NCBI RefSeq assembly: GCF_006345805.1
Contig: NC_043001.1
Location: forward strand, 49,538,001 to 49,602,000
Length of the DNA stretch: 64,000 nt
From: Octopus sinensis
Taxonomy: Eukaryota
Direction of reading: 5' to 3'
The stretch's first letter is position 1, and each line of letters starts with the position of its first letter. Shown in pieces: positions 36,951-51,895 of this stretch. The notes under the pieces are model-generated. The model was not told the origin of the DNA, made no database searches, and saw only the letters and a program-made list of their open reading frames with translations. The position numbers and the translations under genes were made by a program.

Positions 36951-37906
36951 ACGTAGGAGATCATATAGTAGAAAGGATTAACTTGTACGAAATCCAACGT
37001 ACCAGAAAAGAAATATCAATATCAGAAATATATTTTTATTTTCAACAATGGTATTACTTTTGAATAGGGTGCGAAAAGTAATGAAGCATTTCCTAAAGGT
37101 GTGGGGCTTAGAAAAATTTGTGAACCTTTACTTTGAGACCAAACAGTATTTTCATATACGTTGCATACCTATATGCACAGTTGAAGATTCATTATTTTTC
37201 TCGGTGCAGATGTACTTGCATGGATTTTGTGATATAAATAACTGCCCCAACTCTGCGTTAGACACTGAGTAAGTAACACAACCTAATTTGATATCTATTT
37301 TGTGATATTTAATTTCAAGTGTAAATTAATGAAGACTTATGGACAACAATAAAATACATTAGTATAACAACACAAATATATATATATGAAAAGTAGCGTT
37401 CTCCAGTTACTTTAGAGCCTGTAGTTGGTCGCACGAATTGCTAGCCAGAATAGCTACATTCCCCTGAGATGATATATTACTGATTTTGTAAGAAAGAGGA
37501 AAAGCCACGTTGAGTAATGTAGTCATAATTGCGCCAAATGTAAAATTTGCTGGAATGTCTTTAGCCAGAGATCTGCTTGATCAGGGCTAACGTGAGGCAT
37601 AACAACACCTATACCAGCAACATTGGCCACAGTGACAATACTATAAGGATGTCTACAAATGCAAATCCAGAATTTCTGAAATGCTTTACCTTGAGGAAAC
37701 CTTTCTTTCTTATCGACTTAACAGAATTGTGAGATTACAATGTGAACGCGCCTCTCTTGGAAAGAAGGAAATGATCTACTAGTAATCTATTTATTGACAC
37801 CTGAAAGGATTAAAGGCTAAATCGACATCAGTGGGATTTGAACTCAGTGCACAGAGGGTTGGAAAAATACCGCAAAGACATTATGCAAAGCTTTAATTAC
37901 TCTTCT

Positions 37907-38247
37907 GGATCTTTACCTTTTGACCGGCAGATTTAGAAAATAATTTTTTGTAACTAAACACTTTCAAACTTCGTATACTGGTAGAATGTGTCATATAAAA
38001 CATATTTTACTCTTAGTGTTTTTGAGAAAAGCTTATATTTACGAAGTTATTTCATGTTAAAGTTCTCGTATTTCGGTAATTTCAACCAATCAATGACGTG
38101 TATTCAGCTGAATAAAATTACTGCCGTTGTTTGTCAACAACAACTATCGGCGGTGTATATTTCGTTTGTCTAACAGTAAGCGAAGTTTGAAAGTGTTTAG
38201 TTACAAAAAAATGTTTTCTAAATCTGCCGGTCAAAAGGTAACGATCC
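37907..38247. mobile_element. MITE with about 67-bp TIRs and 8-bp TSD
   Basis: ggatc.ttaccttttgaccggcagatttagaaaa...ttcaaacttcg inverted at both ends; TSD actcttct at 37899-37906 and 38248-38255. A related decayed element lies at about 40745-41900. Confidence 0.88.
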
Positions 38248-38870
38248 ACTCTTCTAATTTGGTGCATTCAAACCTTAAATGTAGAAACCTTTTCATGTAT
38301 CAGTATAAATGTCTAAGGAGGCGGTAGGTATCCTCCACTAGCAATCTCATTTCTTTAATTACCATTCCAATAAACAAAAAGAAAACCCTCTGTGTTTTGC
38401 CACACTGCTTATTGTAAAAGTCTATGTATAAACACGCTAAAATGTATAAACATCTCAGTTTGAGAGTCTAAATAAATTGTCTTAAGCCTGTATAATACAA
38501 CATGGCAAGCGGTGATATGGACAAAGAGCCGCACGCATTTGTGTGTGTGTTTATGTGTACAACATTTATCCACACGGTTTCCGTCTACCAAATTCATTCA
38601 CAAATCAACGGTGGGTCCTATGGTAGAAGATACTTGCCCAAGGTGTTGCATAGTTGAGTTCAACCCGAAACCATATGGATACGAAGCGAGCTTCTTAATC
38701 AGACCGCCATGCCTGCACCTGTTAAGTTTTAATGTTTCATTTAATTAAGACATTGATGTATAAGAACTATTCCCAGCAACCATAAGGAGGAAGCGTACGT
38801 AGGAACTAGTAATATGAACTTGGGCTTATCGTAATTTCTCATATAAACACGCACGCACACACACATACAT

Positions 38871-38911
<41 letters not shown>

Positions 38912-39084
38912 AATTGATAGACATACCGATAGATAGATAGATAGATAAACTGAGATAGATAGACGGACAGAAATAGATAGATATACAGCACTGATCTAAT
39001 AAGTTTATTTAGTGAGTTTCTGTTTTTTGGGGTTTTTTTCATTAAGTTTCATTAAGACGCTAATAAACAAAAGAGAAGCATTCT

Positions 39085-39505
39085 TTTCTCTTCTAGATAC
39101 AAGGCCCGAAATTATTTGGCCAGTCGATTAAAGCGACCCCAGAACACAACTGGTGCTTAATTCATCGACCCCGAAAGGATGAAAGGTAAAGTTGACCTCG
39201 GTGGAATTTGAACTGAGAACGTAAAGACAAACGAAATACTGCTAAGTATTTCGCCCAGCGAGCTAACGTTTCTTATTTCTTTAATACCTACAAGGGGCTA
39301 AACATAGAGGGGACAAACAAGAACAGACAAAGGGATTAAGTCGATTACATCGACCCCAGTGCGTAACTGGTACTTAATTTATCGACCCCGAAAGGATGAA
39401 AGGCAAAGTCGACCTCGGCGGAATTTGAACTCAGAACGTAACGGCAGACGAAATACGGCTACGCATTTCGCCCGGCGTGCTAACGTTTCTGCCAGCTCAC
39501 CGCCT
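39085..39505 (-). mobile_element. Family B SINE, dimeric form
   Basis: Reverse complement of the 36558-36950 architecture. Confidence 0.85.
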
Positions 39506-40059
39506 TACATTAAAGAACATTATTAGCGCAAGCTAAAGATTTGACGACGGCTAAATAGGTAAGTAGGGGTGACATCTCCGAAATTTCAAGATCAGCGGAT
39601 CGATCAATAACAGTTCCCTTCCGATGGGTATTCATTTCTAGGGACTTTGTTGACGAAAGGTCACACATTGGGAGGAGACATTTGCACGGGATGCTACAAA
39701 AAGAGTTTAACCTAACACAACGCAATTACGACTCGTCCTTCTTAACCACGCAACCTTGCCTGTGTCCATTGCGTTTAGAAGCAAATGAATTAAAAGAGTT
39801 CCTGTCGCGACTAACCAATTTTTTGTTGTCCTTTTTTCCCCGGGTTACCTAGGACTACAATATCAAATGTATCCTCTTTTGAATTGAAACTAAGTTTAAC
39901 TAATCTGTCTATTAGTGTTAAGAAGGATTTGATTGCTATTTCTAACATGTCGGTCGACTACTCTCTTATTGAACTTATTGACCACTCTCTTATTGAAAAG
40001 TTGATGATTATAGGGCTCATAGGTAGTAGAGGAAGTGCTAATGGTGGTGGTGTTGTTGG

Positions 40060-40090
<31 letters not shown>

Positions 40091-40224
40091 GGACACGGTG
40101 GTGATGGCAATGATTGTAGTGCGGTACCTTTTGTCAATATCTTTATACGTTTGTTTTCCATGTGTCCCATAGTAACTGTCATTTACTACAAGTAGTTATT
40201 TCTATTGATCAGACCGGTTCAATT

Positions 40225-40271
<47 letters not shown>

Positions 40272-40312
40272 TATATGTATGTATACACACACACATATAT
40301 ATATGTATGTAT

Positions 40313-40349
<37 letters not shown>

Positions 40350-40661
40350 CATACACACACACACACACACACACACGTATGTATATGAATGAATGAATGC
40401 ATGCATATATGTGTACACGCACGTACATACGCACACACACACGTCCTTTTATTAATGTCATACACAAAAGATATACAATAAGTGGAAGAAAAAAACCAAA
40501 CGATTTCTAAACTATTACAGTTGGTGTCTCAGTTCTTTGAATACAATCGTTCTGTTGTGTATCAGACGTACCATGTGCAAAGTATTATGTGTGTGTGTGC
40601 ATATATATACATATACATATATATGTATATGTGTGTGTTGTATACGCTGTATGTATGTATG

Positions 40662-40728
<67 letters not shown>

Positions 40729-42144
40729 TTGGATCTTTTCAAATTTGTGGCCAGGACCCCAGATCTTTCTAGTTAACTAAATAATTTGAAACTTTGTGTA
40801 CTCATAGAGTGGAACTAGTTTATTCGCCAGTTGGAACTAGTTTATTTGAGAAAAATCTATTTTATGACTTTAATCGTAGATTAAAACTGCGAATTTTAAC
40901 CAATGAGATTGCTTGTTTTCATATCTAAAACGTTACTGCGATCTGTTAGTGTGACGTTGAAAGCAGTTTTGTGACGTCTGCTATTTCTAAAAAGCTTTGT
41001 GTGTGGTAAAGTAATTTTTTTACTTTACCATATTTTTATAAATTATATCGGAGAATCCATATTTTTATAACATATATCGGAGAATCCATGTGATTTTTCG
41101 TTGTTTTTCTCTTATACGTATGTGAATTATTTCTGAGTATGCATTGTCTGGGAGACTTTTTCTTGCAGTTGAGAAATTTTTGGCTGCTATTTCTAAAAAG
41201 CTCGGTGTGTGGTTAAGTAATTTTTTTACTTTACTATATTTTTATAAATTAATATATATATATATATATATATATAATTTTTTACTCGGTGTATGTGTAT
41301 ATGTATGTCTGCATGTGTGTGTGTATGTATGTGTGTGTGTGTGTGTAAGTATGTGTAAAAAATTACATTGAATCGGCCATACATACATACATACATACAC
41401 AGATACATACACACATACATTCAGGCATATACACATACACCGAGTAAAAAATTTCAGTTATCTCTTTCTTTCACACATTACTCTGTCTCTTCACACACAC
41501 TAACAGAAGCACTTCACTTGCACAACATACTGTCTGTCTCCCACACCCCATCAAACACACACACACACACATGTACATCAATGCTTCCCCTAGACGGTAA
41601 CTTCAAAGACAAACTTTTGTTATTAGAAGGTGGCTGACTATAGCTTGTTTACATTGTTTAATACGTCACGAAATTGGTGGTCGAGACGGAGTAAATAAAA
41701 TAAAGCCGAATGACGGAATATCATTGGTTAAAATTCTAATTATTAAACAACGTTAAACTTAGAAGTTACAATTCCGTTTTCATTCTGGTTTACAATTAAG
41801 TTTACTTTTGACACATTCTACCAGTATACGAAGTTTAAAATTGTTTGGTTCAGTAGGAAAAATTTGAAAAAACTGGCTTAGGAATAGAAAAGATCCATAT
41901 TCTTTTACTCTTTTATTTGTTTCAGTCATTTGACTGCGGCCATTCTGGAGCACCGTCTTTAGTCTTATTCTTTGTAAGCCTAGTATTTATTCTATCGGTC
42001 TCTTATCTACCAAATCCACTCACAAGATTTGGTCGGCTCGAGCCTATAGTAGATGACATTTGCCCAAGGCGCCACACAGTGGGACTGAACCCGGAACCAT
42101 GTTGTTGGTGAGCAAGCTACTTACCACACAGCCACTCCTGCGCC

Positions 42145-42195
<51 letters not shown>

Positions 42196-42419
42196 TACGT
42201 ATATATCGTCCATTCATTTTTGTGTCTGCATATATTATGGGTGTGTGTATATGCATACTCTTCGTGTTAGTTCTTTTATCTAGTTCTATGACAGTGGTAT
42301 GTACTACTGACAGCAACAGCAGTATTATTACTGACAGCAACAGCAGAATTATTACTAGCAGCAGTAGCAGCAACGACAATGGTAATAAAAATTCTTTCTT
42401 CCAGTGACACAAATTGTGA

Positions 42420-42925
42420 GAGGAAGATATTCCATTACATCGACATCAGTACACGATTGGTATATTTTTCATTGACTCCCGAAAGGATGAAAGGCAAAAT
42501 CGACCCCGGCAGAATTTGAATTCAGAACGTAAAGATAGATGAAATCCCGCTAAGCATTTTGCCCGGCATGCTAACGATTATGTCAGCTCGCTGCCAAACA
42601 ATGATAATAATAATTCTTTTCTACTCTAGGCACAAGGCCCGAAATTTTGCAACTGGTACTTAATTTAGCAACCCCGAAAGGATGAAAGGCAAAGTCGATC
42701 TCGGTGGAATTTGAACTCAGAACGTAAAGACAGGCGAAATACCGCTAAGACTTTTGTACTAAAGGCCTGAAATGTTGGGGAGGGGACTGGTCGATCACAG
42801 TATTTCACCCAGAAAGGATGAAGGGCAAAATCGACTTCGGTGGAATTTGAACTCAGAACATAGTGATGGACGAAATACCGCTATGCATTTCGTCCAACGT
42901 GCTAACGAGTCTACCAGCTCGCCAC
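42420..42925 (-). mobile_element. Three adjacent family B SINE remnants
   Basis: Repeated ccccgaaaggatgaaaggcaaa...gaatttgaactcagaacg blocks. Confidence 0.8.
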
Positions 42926-43700
42926 CTAACACTGATGATAATAATCTTTTCTTTCCCTTTTGTTTCTTTATTTGACAACAAAGCTTGGTGTGAGAGTAGG
43001 TATTTAAAAAGTTGTATAGAAATTAAGGCCAAAATAAAGTAGTAATGCAACACACACAGCGCGCGCGCACACACTCACACACACACACACACACAAACAC
43101 ACACAAACACACACGCACGTACGCTCGCGCGCATTCCACACATATGGATATGTTAAAATGTTTTCGGATAAACACACGATAATTACAAAAACAGATATTG
43201 ATAACAGAACATGAAAAGTGAGTTGGGTAAGCCACCCACACACGGCTAAGAGGCAGCTCGGCCGGATTCTTAATTCTTAGTTCTTAGCCACACAGAAGTA
43301 TCTTGCGAATCTAACTGCATTGAGAACAATGTCATCTAAATGTTCCTCTAAACAATTTGAGGGTAGAGGGACCGTTGCGCCTTCAAAGATCGACTGTCCC
43401 CTCTATGTTTAGCCCCTTGTGGGCAATAAAACAAAATTCTCTGTGGATTCGGCTTTTAACTGTTTGTAGACCTCTATCATATTTCATCTTTTATCTTTCC
43501 CTTGTTTCAGTTATCAGACTGAGGCCATGCTGGGGCACCGCATAGAGGAGTTTTTGTCGAACTAATCGACCCCAGTACATTTTTTAAAGCCTATCACTTA
43601 TTCTATCGGTATCTTTTGCGGTAACGCAAACACTGGTTGTCAAGCAGTGGTGGAGGAAAGACACAGACACAAAGGCACACGCATATATATACATATATAT

Positions 43701-44012
43701 ATCACCGTGATCACCGTGACTGACCAGGCTATCAGATGTTGCTACACATCGCTGGTAACAATGCACTTCGCATTGTTTTAGCATTCAAATGACGCCACCC
43801 CGCTGGCTAAGCGAGCAGGCCAACAGAAGAAAGAGTGAGAGAAAGTTGTGGCGAAAGAGTACAGCAGGGATCGCCACCACCCCCCTGCCGGAGCATCGTG
43901 GAGCTTTAGGCGTTTTCGCTCGATAAACACTCACAACGCCCGGTCTGGGAATCGAAACCGCGATCCTACGACCGCGAGTCCGCTGCCCTAACCACTGGGC
44001 CATTGCGCCTCC
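43701..44012 (-). mobile_element. Family C SINE, full-length
   Basis: A-box and B-box (ggtttcgattccc) intact; homologous to 6957-7238. Confidence 0.88.
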
Positions 44013-44032
44013 ACACACACGCACACGCACGC

Positions 44033-44086
<54 letters not shown>

Positions 44087-47000
44087 TAGGGTGGCCTTTA
44101 GCAATAGGTAATTTTCCGAAAGTTAAAATTTTGCTGCTCCCACTCACCAATCCTGTTCCAATCAACAAATGTGCAAAATTTCAGCTCAATCAGACAATTG
44201 CCAGGCAACCCTCAAACGCCTTGCATTTGGAACATAGTGTACGCAACTATTAATTTTGTTCAAAAGCGATATATTATTCCCTATATCGACCATTTTCTTT
44301 TTTCTTCTTAGAGAAATTTATGTGGATACATCCAAGCAACCCCAACAAACGTTTTCGAATCTTAATTTGAAAAATTCCTGAAATAACATGAAAAACTTTT
44401 TAAATATTAGGTTTTCCTAATAAACAACACAACTTCTATGAAAGAAACGCATTTTTATTTACAACAATAATTTCTATAGAATCAAGAACACAATGTGAAT
44501 ACTGAACACTGGCAGCTGGGTATGTTTTACAGTTTTCGGTAAAGATCTGTAGAAGAAATTGTTTCTCAGTTTTATCTTTTGTGAGAATTATTAATCATGA
44601 ATGAGTTTGACACCTCTTTCTGCAACATCATTCACAACAACTGTCTTCTCAAGTTTAGTTTTTCAAGTCCACTTTTGTAACCAGGATCATCCTTCCATGT
44701 TGAAGGGTTTTTATCGAGGAAATCGGTGCTGATAGAAAATCTCATGAAGCAAGTTTTTGTACCAGGAATTACAAAAGACGAAAACTCGATGTTTTTAAAT
44801 GCAGAAAAGTCATTTTGGAGCAGAATGTACCTATTCAGTTAATTTTTTTCTTCTTCCTCTTCTTCGCCTTTGTCTGCCTCCAGTATTTGAGCAGTATTTA
44901 TCTTAACCTCTTTTGGAACATTGTCATCAAATAATGGATAGAGCCACAGTTTCGGGAGCTAAGTACCAGGAATGGTTGGAATTTTTTTCACAGCAGCTTA
45001 CTGATTTCTGAATCAATATCCTGATAATTTATCAGTTGACGCATGAATAGGAAATCATGATAAGGTGCTTCTGATGACTGAAACCAGGCTCGAATGTACA
45101 CTCGAGCAAGAAAAATGCATATTCTTCTAAAGGAGTTCTCCCCTGGAGACAACTGAAATTGTTCTTGAAACAGGTATATTTTGAATGCATAAATTGTTTC
45201 TGACATCCACCTGCCATGATTTACAGCTCTTGGTGTACGAAACGATATCCTGTTCTTCGGAATGCCGCTAAGACAGATCATTGTTAACTCCCACAATCGT
45301 CGGTAATCATCTCGCTGTTATCTCTGCGGAGAAGGTGGTATTCAAGAAATCCAAGAATGGTAGAGCAGGCATAATCAGACACTTCATTGCTACCAGTTAC
45401 GTAAACTTTCTGGTTTAGTTTCGTCCAGGTTTCTCTAAATCTATTGAAAAACGCCATGTCTGGACCAGAAGTTGCCCCCATCAGTGAGTTGAAACAGCTC
45501 CTAAAAACTAACTCAAAAATGTGATGACGGCAAGGAAGTACAACAGGTCGCGATTGAACAATTTTTCTGCACAATTGAACAATTTTTCATACAGGCATCA
45601 TTTATTCTACATGCGTTGCTTGCTGTCGTATCACAACAAAGAGCCTGAATTTTTTCGGTTATACTCCCACTTTTCCACTGCTTGGTAAACAGCCACGGCT
45701 TGCTGTTCTCCTGGGGATGTTGGAATTTCAAAGAATCCCAACAATGGCTCCTTGCTTTGAAAAGTTACTATTATTGCCAGTCTATCAACCTTTTCAACGC
45801 CTGTGAGTGTTGGGAGCAGCTTTCCATCCCAGTGCAACACTAATTCTTGACAGTCGTTTAGATTAAACTTGTGCTTCTCTAAATCTTTTTCTAAGGCGTT
45901 GAAAAGAAGTGCGATTTATTACCAGGTTTTCAGTATCACACCCGAAATCCTCTCCAGCAGCCATTGATATGTAAACCTCATTTCTGTCAGGGATTTTGCG
46001 CCTCTCAAAAACTTTAGAGAGACGGGGAGTAAAACATTGCAATGTTCCTCGAGTTGCAGGAAGTAATTGTCGCTACTGCCGCGGTTGTTGCTGTGGCCAA
46101 TATTTTCTGAACGATGATACTTTTACTTTACTTTACTTTTTTACTTGTTTCAGTCATTTGACTGCGGCCATGCTGGAGCACCGCCTTTAGTCGAGCAAAT
46201 CGACCCCGGGACTTATTCTTTGTAAGCCCAATACTTATTCTATCGGTCTCTTTTGCCGAACCGCTAAGTGTCGGGGACGTAAACACACCAGCATCGGTTG
46301 TCAAGCAATGCTAGGGGGACAAACACAGACACACAAACATATACACACACATATATATATATATATATACATATATGCGACAGGCTTCTTTCAGTTTCCG
46401 TCTACCAAATCCACTCACAAGGCATTGGTCGGCCCGAGGCTATAGCAGAAGACACTTGCCCAAGGTGTCACGCAGTGGGACTGAACCCGGAACCATGTGG
46501 TTGGTTAGCAAGCTACTTACCACACAGCCACTCCTGCGCCTATGATAGGGGAATTTTCAGTCGTCACCACTAATTGATGTTGAATCATCAGTTTCTGATG
46601 TGGTAAACTGATGAGTAGCAAACTTTTGTTTCATTTCTTCATAAGAACTTTTTTTCCCTGACAGTTTCCATTGAAGTGTGCTTCGGTGCTCTTTCTTCCT
46701 TGTGTTTTAGTTTTTGATCTAACCCCAACCATGAAGCCCGGTTGTCCTTTTCTGGCGCTGAAACATTAAGAACGTATCCTCTTTCAATTTTCATCCGTCA
46801 AAGCATCTGAATCAACTATGCCAAAGAGTTCGTCCGTCATTTCCACAAAAAGTTCTCTTTTTTCTTTTTCCTTGCCTGCAGTTCTAGTCAAATTTTTCTG
46901 TAAACCTTTCCATTCATCAGAGAGTTTGGTTACCTTATCAACGCACTGGTCAGATCTTCAGGTAGGAATTCGTGCTCTTTGCCCCAAAATGGAAACTTCT

Positions 47001-47787
47001 TGAACTATTAATGCTGCACTTTCCTTTAACGCTTAAAACTCGCCGATTCGAGGGTAGTTTAGCTCCCACGATTTGATTGGAAATAGAACCAACAAGAGTC
47101 GCATGAAAATATTTTCTTAACTTGTGTGATGAACTACCGGAAGAATATGATGCCATTTCACAGATCTAGGAAGAACACGTCGGAGAAGCCACTTCGCACC
47201 TGCACAAACAGTTCTGAAAGAAAAAGGAAGAATTAGTCATCAAAGGCATCATATTTGGTCACAAAGTAAGTTTACAAAGCGCACATTATAAAAACGGAGA
47301 GGTTATAAACAGGGTGTAACAACTTTGTCAGCTCTACTAACACAACTGTGGAAGATCTATATCAAAATGCCCCAAAACAAAATGAATGAGTGCTTACAAG
47401 TTATTACAAATAAATTAACTTATATTTACAAACGCGGACAAGTCATATTAGTTCATTGATTATCACTAACGTATATTTCTTAATATTTTATTCCTCTACA
47501 CTACCATTAGGTATGACGGCAAAAAATAGGTGTTTCTCCAATACCTGCGCTCTGTCCCCAGCTTTGCAAGTTGCTTTCCCCATTATATTTATAGTCACTT
47601 ATACTTCTAATGCCGAGAATAAGTCTGAACAAGTTTTTAATTCAAGAGAAAATTATGTAAGAGATAAAAATTTTTATTTGAAAAATTACTTTCCGGGCGA
47701 AAATTCAAATTTTCACGGTCGGTGAGGGTCGCTTGAACTAAAATTTTGCATAGATCGTTTTTTTTCTTTTGTTTAAGGGCCACCCTA
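44087..47787 (-). mobile_element. hAT-superfamily (hATm-like) DNA transposon, both ends present, with decayed transposase
   Basis: TIR TAGGGTGGCC(T/C)TTA at both ends, flanked by atatatat. Frameshifted transposase with LHWDGKLL, LCCDTTASN, LPCRHHIFEL (CxxH) and HGRWM..IYAFKIYLF. The subfamily label is from recall of these motifs and is less certain than the superfamily. Confidence 0.8.
46115..46541 (-). mobile_element. Family A SINE nested in the hAT transposase
   Basis: Full-length copy with an apparent atgata TSD. Confidence 0.88.
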
Positions 47788-50204
47788 ATATATATATATA
47801 TATATATATATACGTCGACTCCGGTGTGTAACTGGTACTTATTTACATACACACACACACATGACGTCTCAACTCTAGCTTCACTGATTTAATTGCTTCA
47901 TCGTTCTCCGGATCAAGCATCAAATTAAGCAGTCAATCATTTTCTGTCGGTCAACTATGACGTTGAGCGACCCCATTGCGCATGGCTCCTTTTCTAGCGT
48001 CCTACATTCCTTGAATCATGACTCACTCTGCTTTGTTTTTTCTTGCCTTTTCTACTGTATAGCGGTCGGTAACTAGTCTCCACTCTACAGTTGTTCCCCA
48101 CTGTTGTAAGAGGACGGGTGATACTCATAGGAGAGACGCCATTGAAGTCGTCAGTTTCTAGAATGAAGGAAATGACTCTAGCTCCGCTATATCTGGAGCT
48201 ATGACCGGTGAAGCTTTTAGAGCCTCTGGGACTTCCCCTTGCTATTGCTGATCCTGGTGCTATCCGCATCTCTATTTCTGTCTCTAAAAAAAATAATAAC
48301 CCTCGTATACCTCTGCCACAAATGTAACAGCTAAGCTATCTGTCCTACACTGCCAATTTCATTGTCATTGTTTTCTCCCCCATAATGAACTACAGCTCCG
48401 AAATATGCCCGTCCTTTTAAGTATTGATAAAGAGTTTTAATCTAAAATGAATTGTAAGTTTCTAGCACTTAGTAGATAAGGTGTTTGAATTCCGTATGAG
48501 GTGGTCAAAGATAACAGTGGGTAGATTGTAAATCTATTTATAAGAATTTACTTTCTCATGGCTCTATATTTAATATTATATGGATTAAATTGCAAATTTA
48601 AAGATAAGTGATTGTATTGAAACCATAGGTTTTAGAATAATAATGTAAGCTAAAAAAGCTTTTGTGTAATGTTGCTCGGCAAAATGTTCATGTTTCAATT
48701 GTTATAGATGCCATAAGTATATTTAGTGCCATAATTTATTGTTATTGACGCCTTAAGTGTATATTTCAATTCTTATTGATACTAAAACTGTATGCACTAA
48801 CACTGAAGTCGACAGAAATACCATTTTTGCCTTCTTCCTAAGCATGTGTACCCGGTTGTAAAATAGTTTGCCTATTTTCTACTTTTTTGTTTCTGTTCAT
48901 GATTTTCAGTGTGTTTTGTTACCTTAACTCTATCCTTCAATTGGCGATGCCTCGTCGCCTTCTAAAGTTGCATTATGTTTAAATTATATAAAAATGGTCA
49001 CCCTTTGTTCATTCCCAGTACGAGAATGATATCCAGTGAGATGATCATAAACAATGCCTATTCGAACTCATCCTGGTGGATAGCACAAGGTGAAATAACA
49101 GCCTCAAATCCTTATCTGCACCAGGAACGAATATATTAAACGAACATCCCAAACGTATTAGACAAATCATTAACTGTAAATACATAAAGAATATTTTTTG
49201 CAAAGCAGAATTGCTCTGGAAGTATTTTACTTGCATGTAAGAAATACCTCCCTTTCTATTTCCTATACTCTCTCTCACTCTCTCTCTCCCATCTCTCTCT
49301 CTCTCTCAGAATTTATCTACCTATCTATCTGTATATGTATATGCATATATACGCGTGTATACACACACACACACACACACACACATACGTACGTACATTC
49401 GCATTTGCGTATATATGTATGTATTCATGTATGTAAGTGTGTGTGTAAGTACATGTACAATAAGCATTACAATTATTAATATATGCGTGTGTGTACGTCT
49501 CTCTTGTTCTTCATCCTTTCTAGTTTTCTCTCTCACCCTTCCCTATTCTTCTCCTCTCCCCTTCACCGTTACCTCTCTCTTCCTCTCCTCCTCGACTCTC
49601 TCGTCACTGACACGTGATCAGAGGGAAGCCATCTTTCCAACTGCTATCTTCACCAAGACCAGACCAGCTTATTCTGTCTCTTTCATAAGCTGTTTCCTTA
49701 AGCGTTCACAATAATTTTTCCATCGTCTTGACTTAACAGCTCTCATCGTTTGTTTTTACTGTGTTATTCTCTTTGTTCTGTCTTTTATTGTTTTTAGCTT
49801 TTTATTAATTTTACTGTTTTGTTCTTACTATCCTGTTCTTGTTACCACTTTTACCCTCTGCAAAAAATCCCAAATTTTATTTAATTTGCTTTGCGGGAAG
49901 GGCTGTTTCAACGAAGTCACGTCTTGTCCTTACCTTCGAAAACACGGAGTAGATGAAACAGGGACAACTGAAGAAGGGGAATATTCTTTATGTTGTATGT
50001 CTTGTACTCTGTTTTTTTTTCGTTGTTTGAAAAAAAGTTCGTTTCCATATGTTTTCGTTTCTCATTGTGTTCCACGTTTTTTGATGTCCTGTATCCATAT
50101 ATGCATGTATATATACATATATATGTATATATGTAGGTGTGTACATATATGTATGTATATATGCATATATTTATATTATTATTATATATATAGGCATAAG
50201 GTCT

Positions 50205-50287
<83 letters not shown>

Positions 50288-51378
50288 TAGATAGATACAT
50301 ATATGAAAAGAAGAAGAAGAAGAAGAAGAAGAAGAAGAAGAAGAAGAAGAAGAAGAAAGAAGAAGAAGAATGTTTATAAGTATGAACAAGTCGCAATTAT
50401 GACTAAGAGGGTTTCAAAAACTCATGCATGATTAGAAATAGCAGTCAAAAACCACTATAAAGCCACTATTATCACTTATATCATATTATATTATATTAAT
50501 TGTTTATGATATATCCACCGTAATGTATTATTACATTACTTTTTAATAATATATGCATTTATATGAGCCCATATGCGTACTGAATATCGACTGTTGATAA
50601 CCTGCTAAACTGAAAAAGCCGTGTTTACGAGCAATTTTCGTGTCCCTGTTCAGTCATTGCACTTAATACCCGCTCCAAAGCATTGCCACTGGTTGCGATT
50701 GTCAATGCATATTACTCACAATGTCTCCTCATTCACTGAATAGGTAATAAAAAAATGCCTCATCATGTGAGTGTTGTATTTATTTAATGAAAGCCTTTTA
50801 TATTATTAACACAAAGTCATCGCTGCCCTCGATCTACCAAAAATAGCAGCGGAAAATGCTTCAACTCATTCTTGCTGTCTTGAAGATGAAATGAGACGTT
50901 GCATAAAGAAGCTTTGCAATATGTCTCAGTAAAAGATAGGGTAATCACAGCCTACAACACCAATGACCATCTCATTTTAATTTATATCTCTTTGTAAAGC
51001 GGTGAGCTGGCAGAATCGTTTGCAGCATTTCGTCCATCTTTAAGTTCAGGGTTCAAATTCCGCCGAGATCGACTTTACCTTTTATCCTTTCGGGGTCGAT
51101 AAAGTAAGTACCAGTTGAACAATGGAGACGATGTTATCGACTTAACCCCTCCCACGAAATTAGTGGCCTTGTGCCAGAATTTCAAATCAGTCTTTATCTC
51201 TTTCTCGAGGAATATGACTTCTTGACAAATTCATGTCATTTTGGCAAATTTATGCTTCCTTCACAAATTGGTCTCTCTTTGTCAATAAAATTATGCGACT
51301 TGGACTTACCCTCACCAACACTGGTTACTAAGCGGTGAGGAGAAAACAAACCCAAACACAAAGTTACATACACACACA

Positions 51379-51664
51379 GTTAGTTAGTTAGTTAGTTGGT
51401 TGGTTGGTTGGTTGGTTGGTTGGTTGGTTGGTTGGTTGGTTGGTTGGTCGGTCGGTCGGTCGGTCGGTCGGTCGGTCGGTCGGTCGGTCGGTCGTCGGTC
51501 GGTCGGTCTGTCGGTCGGTCGGTCTGTCGGTCGGTCGGTCGGTCGGTCTGTCGGTCTGTCGGTCGGTCGGTCTGTCGGTCTGTCGGTCTGTCGGTCTGTC
51601 GGTCAGTCAGTCAGTCAGTCAGTCAGTCAGTCAGTCAGTCAGTTAGTTAGTCAGTCAGTCAGTC

Positions 51665-51708
<44 letters not shown>

Positions 51709-51709
51709 C

Positions 51710-51790
<81 letters not shown>

Positions 51791-51803
51791 GAGAGAGAGA
51801 GAG

Positions 51804-51895
<92 letters not shown>

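Noticed and set aside
39560-39960. Open frames in unique sequence, including a DIVVLGNPGKK P-loop-like string
   Set aside because: There is no proper GK[ST], in-frame stops are nearby, and no coherent splice signals were found.
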